Source of the DNA: an uncultured virus (IMG/VR IMGVR_UViG_3300028571_000012)
Lineage: Duplodnaviria > Heunggongvirae > Uroviricota > Caudoviricetes
DNA length: 20,000 bases
Strand: one strand, 5' to 3'
Virus record (IMG/VR): IMGVR_UViG_3300028571_000012
Both the position numbers and the translations under genes were made by a program. Shown here piece by piece: positions 1 through 8,288 of the stretch (positions are counted from its first letter, which is position 1; every line of letters begins with the position of its first letter). Under the pieces are notes generated by a model. That model made no database searches, was not told where the DNA came from, and was given only the letters and a program-made list of their open reading frames with translations.

Positions 1-446
1 TATGATCCGCTCGTAAACCTTCTAAAATCCAATATGTTTTTAATCGTAGAGTGACGCCATTTAATATTGTCCAGTATGTCTTTTAATGTATCAACTATTG
101 TTTGTTGATAGTCCATAGTCAAACGCAATTTGGAAATATCAGGATCTGTTTCATAAAACATTTCCATATCGCTTTTTAATGGTTTGGCCATTCCGTGAAA
201 TGGATCATAATTCCAACCACGTGAATCCATTTCGGCTTTGGTCATTTTACCGTTGTAATATAACCACTTGTCTTTTTTCAAATGCGCCATTTCAAGGTCT
301 TTTTTCTTATATCGTAATTTTGATATGCCATATAATTCAAGATATTTTGCGTGCAAACTTGCGCTTTTTATGCTCGTAATATCAAGATTGACTTCGTCAA
401 TTTTACTGTCCTCTTTCCATAATGTTAGTATTTCATCAAGTGTCAT
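1..446 (-). CDS. uvsY: UvsY recombination mediator protein (148 codons; stop codon cut by the window edge)
   Basis: Not in the ORF track; translated by hand from ATG at 446: MTLDEILTLWKEDSKIDEVNLD...SLHAKYLELY...DKWLYYNGK...WRHSTIKNILDFRRFTSGS, followed by TA at the edge. Motifs match UvsY, and the gp23-gp3-uvsY order is typical of environmental T4-like phages. Confidence 0.88.
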   Translation of the reverse strand, partial: MTLDEILTLWKEDSKIDEVNLDITSIKSASLHAKYLELYGISKLRYKKKDLEMAHLKKDKWLYYNGKMTKAEMDSRGWNYDPFHGMAKPLKSDMEMFYETDPDISKLRLTMDYQQTIVDTLKDILDNIKWRHSTIKNILDFRRFTSGS

Positions 447-467
447 AATATTGTAATATAGTATGTA

Positions 468-920
468 TCAAATAAATTGGAATCGGTCATATCGGAATGT
501 CACGTCAACATATGCATATTCAACACTTGTATTTTGTGTGTTAAATTCAATACTACCTAATGCTGTTGGAAATGCACCTATAAATTTGACTCTTCTGGAA
601 ACATTGTTGTGACCAGTCATAAAGTGCAATGTTAATTCCTCAGTCTTTAATTTTTCTTCTCGAGTGTTATATAACATCCAATCGTGTATTTCATTATATG
701 CCAATAATTGGTCATCCACAGCAATTCGGATTGTAAATGGCTCGTATTGTAATACATCATCGGCAACAAACCCTTGTCTGTTTCTGTATGATGCACTTGC
801 CTCACCTAGTGAAATATTTGGAAATGTTGCGCTTACTGCAAAAAACTCTGAAAGTTTATAGTTGACAGATGAACCTATGGTAAGTTTAAACCCGGTAAGT
901 GCTAATAAGTTGTATTGCAT
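468..920 (-). CDS. gp3: Tail completion / tail tube terminator protein (T4 gp3-like)
   Basis: 150 aa with tube-fold family motifs (FPNISLG, YEPFTIRIAVDDQL..YNEIHDWM, FIGAFPTALGSIEF, DVTFRY). Located between gp23 and uvsY. Confidence 0.85.
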   Translation of the reverse strand: MQYNLLALTGFKLTIGSSVNYKLSEFFAVSATFPNISLGEASASYRNRQGFVADDVLQYEPFTIRIAVDDQLLAYNEIHDWMLYNTREEKLKTEELTLHFMTGHNNVSRRVKFIGAFPTALGSIEFNTQNTSVEYAYVDVTFRYDRFQFI

Positions 921-927
921 ATGAAAT

Positions 928-935
928 TATTTATA
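928..935 (-). promoter_or_regulatory. T4-type late promoter (TATAAATA) for gp3
   Basis: Exact TATAAATA on the minus strand, 7 nt before the ATG and directly after the gp23 terminator. Confidence 0.8.
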
Positions 936-937
936 CT

Positions 938-969
938 AAAAAAGCGGTTGGCCTTTCGACCAACCGCTT
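938..969 (-). terminator. Rho-independent terminator after gp23
   Basis: Minus strand AAGCGGTTGGTC-GAAA-GGCCAACCGCTT, ending in a run of 6 T. GC-rich stem with a GNRA loop. Confidence 0.9.
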
Positions 970-993
970 AGAGTTATTTACCGTCCGTTAGGA

Positions 994-2373
994 TTAGACA
1001 ACAGATGTATCAGTAGGGATGTAAGAACCACCACCAAGGTTTGTAACTTGGAATGTACGGAAGTATGGGTTCTGACGATCAGCACCTTTACCACCGTCGG
1101 TATTTGGAGAACCAGCAAATGGGTTGGCAACAAGACCGTAACGTGTTTTGAAACCAATTTTTGGTTGGAACGTGTTAGGATCAACGGCGCGAACCATTGT
1201 CAAAGGAACGTATGGGCAATAGAATATACCTGCGTCATATGCGTTTGAACCGCGATAACCAACAGTGATGTAATCAGTTAATGCAAAAGGATCAACATAT
1301 ACTTTCAAACGACCGTTGATGATACCTGCAAAAACATTGCCTGTGTCGTCAACATTAAGGTTTGCGGAAAGAGCAGGCGCATAATCAAGAACACCAGCAG
1401 CTGCAAGAGCACTTGCAACGTTGGATGAGCAGATTACAATGTTACCTTTACCACGACGTGTTGCTTTTGCAACGGCGTTAGCCTCGAGTTCGATTTGATA
1501 GATAAGCGACTTGAATTTTTCAACGGCCCAACGACCATCGGCATCTTCGTGAATGTCGAAACCACCAGTTGCGGCACCAACAACGATTGATGTGTTACCT
1601 GCACCTGCAGTTGAAGTAACACCACCGAATGTTGTGTTACGAATACCACCAAGAATAGCTTTTGCATTAACAAGGTCAATCACTTCACGGTTGATTTCCG
1701 CAAGGATTTCAACAGAAAGGATGTTTGCAAGTTCTGCTTCAGCATCAAGTCCGTGAACGGACTTAAGGTCTTGAGCAAGTTCCATTGTGTATTCAGCTTT
1801 AAGAGCACGTGTTTGAGCAGTAACAGCTGTTCTATCAACTGTGAAATCCATTTGGCCGAAACCACCTGGGGAACCTGCAGAGGTACGACCAATTTGAACA
1901 GTGTTGCCTGTATTTGGGTCAACATAGTTACCGTTGGTACCGTTACCTGAAAGTACTTCGCCTTGTGCTGTAGTAACAGGACCGGAGAATGCACTGTCAG
2001 GCTTGTTGAAGAGAGCTTCAGCAGTATTTACACCAGCAGCGTTTTGATATTGACTGCGCATTGCGAAGATCAAACCGGTAGGCATTGTCATTGGTTGAAC
2101 ACCAGCAATATCGTAAGCAACGATATTTGGCATTGCACGACGGACAAGCGAGATAAGAACTGGATCCCAGGTCTTAACAGAGCCGGAACCATCACCAATG
2201 GCGCTGCTTTCGTTAAGGAAAGATGCTTGCGCACTTTCTTCGCGAAGAGCTTTTTCTTGGTTTTCAAGAAGCACAGCGGTAATCGACTTACGATAATTGT
2301 CCTTAAATGCAGGAGCGTCTTTGGCTTCCAATACTGGAGCCCATTTTTTTTCGAGTTGTTCTGAATTAAACAT
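994..2373 (-). CDS. gp23: Major capsid protein
   Basis: 459 aa with gp23 motifs WDPVLISLVRRAMPN, GVQPMTMPTGLIFAMR, RALKAEYTMELAQDLK.VHGLDAEAEL, YCPYVPL, FQPKIGFKTRYG. Confidence 0.98.
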   Translation of the reverse strand: MFNSEQLEKKWAPVLEAKDAPAFKDNYRKSITAVLLENQEKALREESAQASFLNESSAIGDGSGSVKTWDPVLISLVRRAMPNIVAYDIAGVQPMTMPTGLIFAMRSQYQNAAGVNTAEALFNKPDSAFSGPVTTAQGEVLSGNGTNGNYVDPNTGNTVQIGRTSAGSPGGFGQMDFTVDRTAVTAQTRALKAEYTMELAQDLKSVHGLDAEAELANILSVEILAEINREVIDLVNAKAILGGIRNTTFGGVTSTAGAGNTSIVVGAATGGFDIHEDADGRWAVEKFKSLIYQIELEANAVAKATRRGKGNIVICSSNVASALAAAGVLDYAPALSANLNVDDTGNVFAGIINGRLKVYVDPFALTDYITVGYRGSNAYDAGIFYCPYVPLTMVRAVDPNTFQPKIGFKTRYGLVANPFAGSPNTDGGKGADRQNPYFRTFQVTNLGGGSYIPTDTSVV

Positions 2374-2379
2374 AATAGT

Positions 2380-2387
2380 TATTTATA
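2380..2387 (-). promoter_or_regulatory. T4-type late promoter for gp23
   Basis: Exact TATAAATA, 6 nt before the ATG. Confidence 0.8.
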
Positions 2388-2432
2388 ATAGTTGTTGTTT
2401 TACTTATTGTTTGTGGGAATAAAGCGCATTGT

Positions 2433-4226
2433 TTAGCAGACCAAATTGGCAGTTGTTGCCTTGTTCATGCGTGACATTGCACTTAAATAGTTTTGCATTG
2501 AAGGGGAAAGTGATTCTCCTTCAATTGTGTTTTCGATGATTGTTTCTTTTGAAATAAATGAAGCGTTATCGTCAACGTTTTCATTTAACGTGTTTTTATT
2601 AGCTGCACGACCGTTAATGTAAAATTCACGAATGGTTCCAACCTTTTTGGTAAAGGTATCTTCATTAATAAATTCAACATCTTCAACAAGTTCAGTTAAT
2701 TTTGCAATTTGGGTATCAGCAAGACCAGTGGAAGCTTCTGCAATAACTTTTTGACGTGTAAGTTTTTCAACACGATCAGCAAGTGCATTTGCAATTCTTC
2801 CTTTTTTCTCAACTTGTTCTTTTAGTGAGGATACTTGTGCTTCCATATCTGAAACAATATTAACCTTACTTTCAGGAACTTCGATATAGTGTTCTGTAAA
2901 GATATTTTTAAGAGAGCCAATAAAGCTTTCAGCAATTTCTGTACGAAGTGTGGATTCAACTGCAACTTTGTTATCATTAACCCATGTCTCAACAGCGTAT
3001 GTCAAGTATGAATCAATTTTTTCAACCAAGTTTTCTTTGAGCACTTCAACTTCCTCATTGAGGCGTGTTGCATATTGTTCTTTAAGAAGTGATTTGGTTT
3101 CTTTAACTTTCGAGGCAACGGCAGCTTCAAAAATGATGCTTGCTTTTTCCTTGAAACCTTCAGTTAAACCTTCTTCGTCTTTAACAAGTTCTTCAATGTC
3201 AGTTGGTATTGTGCTAGGTTTTTCACTTCCAATAACTGTGTCACCTTGTAATTGTATATCCATATCAAGAATATCTGCCACAACTTGTACAAGTTCTTTA
3301 TCTGATAATGATTTAACATTAAGAAGAGTGCGATTATCCATAGTATGCGCAAACTTATAAGCATAATACTTAAAGTCCTTTATGGACATTTCATCCTTAT
3401 CATTAAAAGCATCAATCAGTTGATTTGAATATTGCCATGCATCTTCTTCTTCTTGACTTAATTCCTCATCTTCATCTTCTTCGTTAACCGATTCTTTTTT
3501 GATAAGTTTCATGAATTCAGGTTTGGTGAGTTTTTTGAATTTTGCTTCAGTCATTTCTTCTTCGTCGGATTCTTCCTGTGCTTTCATTTCAGCAATATGT
3601 GCTTCAAGTGCTTCAAGTGCATCAAAATCACCATTGATGATTAACTCCATCATTGCTGATTTATGTTCTTCATCAGTAGGAATTGCTACCATTTTGAGCA
3701 TATCAAGTAACACTGCACCACCTTCTTCTTCATACTTTTCATTGCTCTTTGCGGCAAGTGTTTCCACTTGTTCATCAGTTAATTCAAGTTTTGCTGCAAG
3801 TGATTCAATTGTTTCTTCTTCGGCTTCCATTTTTTCCATATCTTCCATATCTTCCAGACTGTACATTTTTTCCATGCTCTCATTAATTTTAGCGAGTGAG
3901 GAAAGAACATAATCTTTACTTCCCAATTTGCGTTGATTAAACACGATTTTAGTTTTAGGTGTATCCTTTCCTTTAAATGTGATTGATGATGGAGATACAT
4001 CGACAACAACACCAAAGTTGGTTTTATCACCTTTTTTGTATTCTTTTACTTTATTTGCGATTGTAATAACTTCTTCCGGATTTTCCTTCAAAGTGCGTTC
4101 AGCAATAAAATTATCAACTTCCTCTTGTACGGTTTGCTTTGTAATTTCCTCGGCAACACCATCTAGAGTAAGCAACGTTTGTTCTGTGATGTCTTGAATG
4201 ACATCCTTTTGTTTTGTATTTGACAT
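2433..4226 (-). CDS. gp22: Prohead core scaffolding protein with a long N-terminal extension
   Basis: C-terminal ~255 aa has gp22 motifs (LTEGFKEKASIIFEAAV, KIDSYLTYAVETW..DNK, LRTEIAESFI.SLK.IFTEHYIEVPE, M..YL.A). Located between gp21 and gp23. Confidence 0.92.
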   Translation of the reverse strand: MSNTKQKDVIQDITEQTLLTLDGVAEEITKQTVQEEVDNFIAERTLKENPEEVITIANKVKEYKKGDKTNFGVVVDVSPSSITFKGKDTPKTKIVFNQRKLGSKDYVLSSLAKINESMEKMYSLEDMEDMEKMEAEEETIESLAAKLELTDEQVETLAAKSNEKYEEEGGAVLLDMLKMVAIPTDEEHKSAMMELIINGDFDALEALEAHIAEMKAQEESDEEEMTEAKFKKLTKPEFMKLIKKESVNEEDEDEELSQEEEDAWQYSNQLIDAFNDKDEMSIKDFKYYAYKFAHTMDNRTLLNVKSLSDKELVQVVADILDMDIQLQGDTVIGSEKPSTIPTDIEELVKDEEGLTEGFKEKASIIFEAAVASKVKETKSLLKEQYATRLNEEVEVLKENLVEKIDSYLTYAVETWVNDNKVAVESTLRTEIAESFIGSLKNIFTEHYIEVPESKVNIVSDMEAQVSSLKEQVEKKGRIANALADRVEKLTRQKVIAEASTGLADTQIAKLTELVEDVEFINEDTFTKKVGTIREFYINGRAANKNTLNENVDDNASFISKETIIENTIEGESLSPSMQNYLSAMSRMNKATTANLVC

Positions 4227-4380
4227 ATGTTATTTTACTTTTTAATGTTTGTTTGGAGAGGAAATGAACAAACCAAAAGGTTTTTTCAATTTCTGTCTCA
4301 TATTATTCAATGTTTCCCATAGTAATAGTTCACTTACAACAACTTGATGTTAATCCATAATTTAAAATTTGTAAATGTTC

Positions 4381-5034
4381 TTAAAGATTAATATCCTTAA
4401 GAAAATTTGAAAAGAGTTTTATTTGTTGTTCTGCCAATTGTGCTTTTGGCATTTTTGAAATAATTTTTTTGTATTTATCCGAAGTAACCGCAACAATTGA
4501 ATTACCTTTATAAAAGTATTCTACACCTTCCATAATCCCGTTTACAAATGCGGAAGGTGCGGAAGGATCTTGAACAATATCAACTGTTGAAAGAACAAAA
4601 TCATCGTTAACAGTTGTTTTGCCATTTTTGTTATCAACTGTTCCCATACCGCGGCTTGATACACCGAGTTGGCAACCACCTTCAAGTAACCCTTTGACAA
4701 TAATTCCCATTGGAGTGTTTAAGATAAGCGCCTTGCCAAGCACATCGTTACCGTCCCATGAAAGGTCTGTAATGCGATGTGAAACTTTATCCAAGTTTAT
4801 GCTTGGTGATTCAGGGTGATTTAATTCACCTACCGCACGTCCTTTATTGACATAATTGGTAACATAACGGTCAACGGCGGTTTCAAGAACAGTTTTTGGA
4901 TAAATTCTACTGTTTCTATTAAGCTGTTCAGCTTGCATGAAAATACCTTCAATGACAAATTTCTTTTCGCCATTGGACCCAACTGATTCAGAAGAATATT
5001 TGACATTTTCTGTATGTTCGGTTATTAACTTCAT
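4381..5034 (-). CDS. gp21: Prohead core protease
   Basis: IEGIFMQAE..NRN.RIYP, GELNHP, VSHRI, LGVSSRGMG, DIVQDPSAP.AFV motifs. Confidence 0.97.
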   Translation of the reverse strand: MKLITEHTENVKYSSESVGSNGEKKFVIEGIFMQAEQLNRNSRIYPKTVLETAVDRYVTNYVNKGRAVGELNHPESPSINLDKVSHRITDLSWDGNDVLGKALILNTPMGIIVKGLLEGGCQLGVSSRGMGTVDNKNGKTTVNDDFVLSTVDIVQDPSAPSAFVNGIMEGVEYFYKGNSIVAVTSDKYKKIISKMPKAQLAEQQIKLFSNFLKDINL

Positions 5035-5043
5035 TATAGAATC

Positions 5044-5051
5044 TATTTATA
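5044..5051 (-). promoter_or_regulatory. T4-type late promoter for gp21
   Basis: Exact TATAAATA, 9 nt before the ATG. Confidence 0.75.
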
Positions 5052-5064
5052 CAAAACGATATTT

Positions 5065-5697
5065 CTACACGCATTTTTTTAATATTTCACCGTATACACT
5101 CATAATATTCATATTAATACTTTTAAGCTGCTTTGGTGTGCACAATTTTGCCGGCATTACTTTTAGCAATTCCTCACAATATAATGGACTTGCCAATTCC
5201 CAATTACGAGTTATATAAACATAATGATAAAAATGCAAATAAGCATTGGCCTGTTTGGCATAAAGAGTGGCATCAAATAATTGCCATTCTTTGTTTAGTT
5301 TTAGTACGCGTGCCTCACAATCTTGTTCCAATAAAATTGTTTTATACATTTCATTCCAAAAACTGATACCATCAGTATTGTTGGCTTGTAAATCTTCCCA
5401 AAATGTGGATGCTTGATGATCATTCCATAAAGATGTATTCTGGACGGCTTGTGTCATATGACAAAACTCATGAACAAATGTTTCTTCAAACAAATGTAAT
5501 TCGCGAGCCACTTCGATGGATTCGCCATCACACCAACCTGTACATTCGGCTGGATCATCTCCGTATTTAATTTTTGTGCCAGGGTGAATTACAAGTTCCT
5601 TGCCATGCTCATCCAAATAATCCAAAGCAAAATCAAAAAACTTTTTGAATTGTGAAGTACAATCAGATATTTGAGAATGTAATTTTCGTCTATTCAT
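5065..5697 (-). CDS. Hypothetical protein, putative zincin-type (HExxH) metallopeptidase
   Basis: 210 aa with FVHEFCHMTQ and a downstream LEQDCE that could supply the third zinc ligand. An upstream GWC..IEV strand pattern is also consistent with zincins. Confidence 0.6.
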   Translation of the reverse strand: MNRRKLHSQISDCTSQFKKFFDFALDYLDEHGKELVIHPGTKIKYGDDPAECTGWCDGESIEVARELHLFEETFVHEFCHMTQAVQNTSLWNDHQASTFWEDLQANNTDGISFWNEMYKTILLEQDCEARVLKLNKEWQLFDATLYAKQANAYLHFYHYVYITRNWELASPLYCEELLKVMPAKLCTPKQLKSINMNIMSVYGEILKKCV

Positions 5698-5734
5698 GGT
5701 AATGATAAAACAAACTCAATTGACAACCAAATGT

Positions 5735-5890
5735 TTATTTTGTTTGTTTATTGTAGATATCAGCGGTCATTTCAACTTTTTTAATGTCAAGTATTGTTCG
5801 TGCTTTATCTTGTATAAGCGCATTAAATGACGCATCAGTTGCTTTTGCATCTCCGCTTACTATATTTTGAATTAATTCTTTAGCGTCCAT
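5735..5890 (-). CDS. gp67: Small prohead core protein (gp67-like), 51 aa
   Basis: Below the ORF track cutoff; translated by hand as MDAKELIQNIVSGDAKATDASFNALIQDKARTILDIKKVEMTADIYNKQTK. Lies directly after the portal gene, has its own late promoter, and shows a gp67-like 'LI..I..GD...A...F...I..K' pattern. Confidence 0.72.
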   Translation of the reverse strand: MDAKELIQNIVSGDAKATDASFNALIQDKARTILDIKKVEMTADIYNKQTK

Positions 5891-5897
5891 AGTATTT

Positions 5898-5905
5898 TAT
5901 TTATA
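5898..5905 (-). promoter_or_regulatory. T4-type late promoter for the gp67-like gene
   Basis: Exact TATAAATA, 7 nt before ATG 5890. Confidence 0.78.
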
Positions 5906-5908
5906 GTG

Positions 5909-7651
5909 TTATTGTCCTGGGTTAAAAACAGGTGCGGGTGAGGATGATGGAGCCATATCTTGAGGTTCCGCAACTGGAGATGGTTCCGATGTATCAGCTG
6001 CATTATCTTGTGCACCAAAATCAAAATTATCATCTGGTTCATTTGTCTCAGGAGCATCAAAAGCATTATCAGGTGTTTCCATATCCATTTCATCAGTATC
6101 AGATCCCATATCAAAGCCACCGTCATCACCCATATCACTTTGTGGTTCCTTAGGTTCAAGTTTTGCAGCGGCTTCCAACGCAATTTGTTCATCCATTTTT
6201 TGAATTTCTTCATCCGATTGATTAAGAATATTGGAACGAACCCATTTTTCGGAATAGTATTTGCCAATTTTATCTTCGATTGAATTAAGCATGGTAATAC
6301 GTTCATTCATAATTTCAAAGTCTTTTAATTCACTGAAAAAGTTATCTTCAAGATAGTCAACCGCAATATTTTCTCTAATATCATCCCAATCGTCAACGGT
6401 AATAATACCTTTAAGAATCAATTGCACTTTTAACATGCTAATAAACAATACAGAAAACTTTTTACGAAGTCGATTAATAAATTTTTGAAATTTAACTTCA
6501 TCTCTTGTAATTTCGGTACTGCGGCCTATGTTATAAGCTGTCGCACTTTCAAGTCTATTTGGTGGAACATTTAAAGAATTGTATAGTTTTCTTTGGAAGA
6601 ATACAACGTCATCAATTTGACCTAAGTTTTCACCGCCAGGTAATGTTGTAATTTCCGTTCCTCTTCCACCATCACGGCGAGGCAACCAAAAATCTTCAAG
6701 CATTGTCATTGTTTTACGATCATCTCGCATTTCGCCTGTGGAAACATCGTAAACAAGTTTATTACGATATTTGGCCATAATGCCTTGGACATATTCTTCT
6801 GCCTTTCCTTTTGGAAGATTACCAATATCAATGTAGAAAATACGGCGTTCAGGCGCACGCGCCATACGATAGATTACCAATGAATCTTCCATCATACGCA
6901 ACTGGTTAACCATTTTTGTTGCTTTATGCAAATATGATATTGAAACAACACCGCTTTCATCAAGCAATCCTGAAGGAACATAAACAACTGTATTAGGATC
7001 AATTCTAATACCATTTGTAGTATTACCCAAACCTGGTGATCCATTAAAATCATCGCTGTATAAAAAGTATTCTCCGCTTACCGAAGAAGTTTTTACACCG
7101 CTGATTTTATCAATTTTTGTGGTAATTTCTTTGACCTTTTTAATTCTTAAAGGATCAATTTGGCGAATTTCACGAATACCATCTTTTGATTTTTCATTAT
7201 CAATCATTAAATGATAATAAATTTTGCCATCAATGTACCATCGGCGAAAAATATCCGAACCGTTATAGTTAAAATCCAATAACTTAAGAATAATTTTAAA
7301 TTCCTCATGAATTTTATCCTTAATATTTTCAGGTAATTCAACATTATCAAGAACCAAATTGACAGGACTACCGTCACTATCATTTACAATGGACGCATCA
7401 ACAATATCGGAAACAGCGCTATCACATTCAGGTTGACTTGCCGCATTACGATATTTAAGAATTAAATCTTTTTCGTTGGTGACCATTGCACCATTAAGAT
7501 CAAGCACTTGACCATAATAACCACTTGTTGATGATGAATTTACAATTGCAGTACCGTCACTTTCAAGTGGTGGCGCAAAGGATTTTAAATCATATTCATC
7601 CTCAACTGTTTTTCCAATCTTTTTGCTTATTTCAAATCCGAATAGGTTCAT
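5909..7651 (-). CDS. gp20: Portal vertex protein (580 aa from the revised start)
   Basis: Motifs FRRWYIDG, NQLRMMEDSLVIYR..RAPERRIFYIDIGNLPK.KAE, EDFWLPRR.GGRGTEITTLPGG. Start moved from 7753 to 7651 (MNLFGFEI) because the upstream extension runs through the gp19 terminator and the late promoter. Confidence 0.97.
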   Translation of the reverse strand: MNLFGFEISKKIGKTVEDEYDLKSFAPPLESDGTAIVNSSSTSGYYGQVLDLNGAMVTNEKDLILKYRNAASQPECDSAVSDIVDASIVNDSDGSPVNLVLDNVELPENIKDKIHEEFKIILKLLDFNYNGSDIFRRWYIDGKIYYHLMIDNEKSKDGIREIRQIDPLRIKKVKEITTKIDKISGVKTSSVSGEYFLYSDDFNGSPGLGNTTNGIRIDPNTVVYVPSGLLDESGVVSISYLHKATKMVNQLRMMEDSLVIYRMARAPERRIFYIDIGNLPKGKAEEYVQGIMAKYRNKLVYDVSTGEMRDDRKTMTMLEDFWLPRRDGGRGTEITTLPGGENLGQIDDVVFFQRKLYNSLNVPPNRLESATAYNIGRSTEITRDEVKFQKFINRLRKKFSVLFISMLKVQLILKGIITVDDWDDIRENIAVDYLEDNFFSELKDFEIMNERITMLNSIEDKIGKYYSEKWVRSNILNQSDEEIQKMDEQIALEAAAKLEPKEPQSDMGDDGGFDMGSDTDEMDMETPDNAFDAPETNEPDDNFDFGAQDNAADTSEPSPVAEPQDMAPSSSPAPVFNPGQ

Positions 7652-7656
7652 AGTAT

Positions 7657-7664
7657 TATTTATA
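7657..7664 (-). promoter_or_regulatory. T4-type late promoter for gp20
   Basis: Exact TATAAATA, 5 nt before ATG 7651. Confidence 0.8.
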
Positions 7665-7665
7665 G

Positions 7666-7702
7666 AAAAAAACTCGGTGGCATTATGGACACCACCGAGT
7701 TT
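7666..7702 (-). terminator. Rho-independent terminator after gp19
   Basis: Inverted repeat AAACTCGGTGG...CCACCGAGTTT, ending in a run of 7 T on the minus strand. Confidence 0.88.
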
Positions 7703-7722
7703 GTTAAGTTTAGAATATTGTA

Positions 7723-8253
7723 TTATTCGCTTGCTCCAAAGGATGATGTCCAATATTGATATGCAAATTCAACTGTAAAGTCTTCAATTGCATTATTTGT
7801 TTCATAAGCCATTTCAATAGCTGAAACGGCAATGGGATATGCATTAACAAATCTATAAGATTTACCTTTTTGTTCTTTTCGATCAAGTTGAGTAATTCTC
7901 AAATCTCTGTAGTAATCAAGAGGGCTGAATGAACCTGAAGTATTGGATACGTTATTGTTAATAAGATTCATCCACTCTTCCATGGCCGTACGAATTTTCA
8001 TGTTATTATCGTTAATTACGGTAACAGTCCAATTTTCATAGGTACGATCACCTGCAATTTTAAGCATACGTCCGCGATACGCAAGATCAATATTTTCAAT
8101 TGTGCTTGCGGGCAAGGATGCGGCTTTAATAAGAAATGATGCATCATTTTTATCGGATGATCCTGCACCAGGCCATTCAAGTTTTACCTCGAAAAGGTTT
8201 GCGCGAGCACCACCGCCGATTAATTTTGTTTTAAAGTCGTCGATATTAGGCAT
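7723..8253 (-). CDS. gp19: Tail tube protein
   Basis: GGARANLFEV, KAASLPAS, YRGR.LKIAGDRT.ENWTVTVIND, IEDFTVEFAYQYW motifs. Confidence 0.97.
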   Translation of the reverse strand: MPNIDDFKTKLIGGGARANLFEVKLEWPGAGSSDKNDASFLIKAASLPASTIENIDLAYRGRMLKIAGDRTYENWTVTVINDNNMKIRTAMEEWMNLINNNVSNTSGSFSPLDYYRDLRITQLDRKEQKGKSYRFVNAYPIAVSAIEMAYETNNAIEDFTVEFAYQYWTSSFGASE

Positions 8254-8277
8254 ATAATTGTTTTTAGTTATTATGTT

Positions 8278-8285
8278 TATTTATA
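8278..8285 (-). promoter_or_regulatory. T4-type late promoter for gp19
   Basis: Exact TATAAATA, 24 nt before the ATG. Confidence 0.75.
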
Positions 8286-8288
8286 ATA

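Noticed and set aside
5698..5734. Possible sigma70 promoter upstream of the HExxH gene (TTGGTT-17-TATCAT)
   Set aside because: Poor match to consensus in AT-rich DNA.
7652..7753. Longer gp20 start at 7753
   Set aside because: It overlaps the gp19 end and crosses the terminator and late promoter. MNLFGF at 7651 matches typical portal N-termini.
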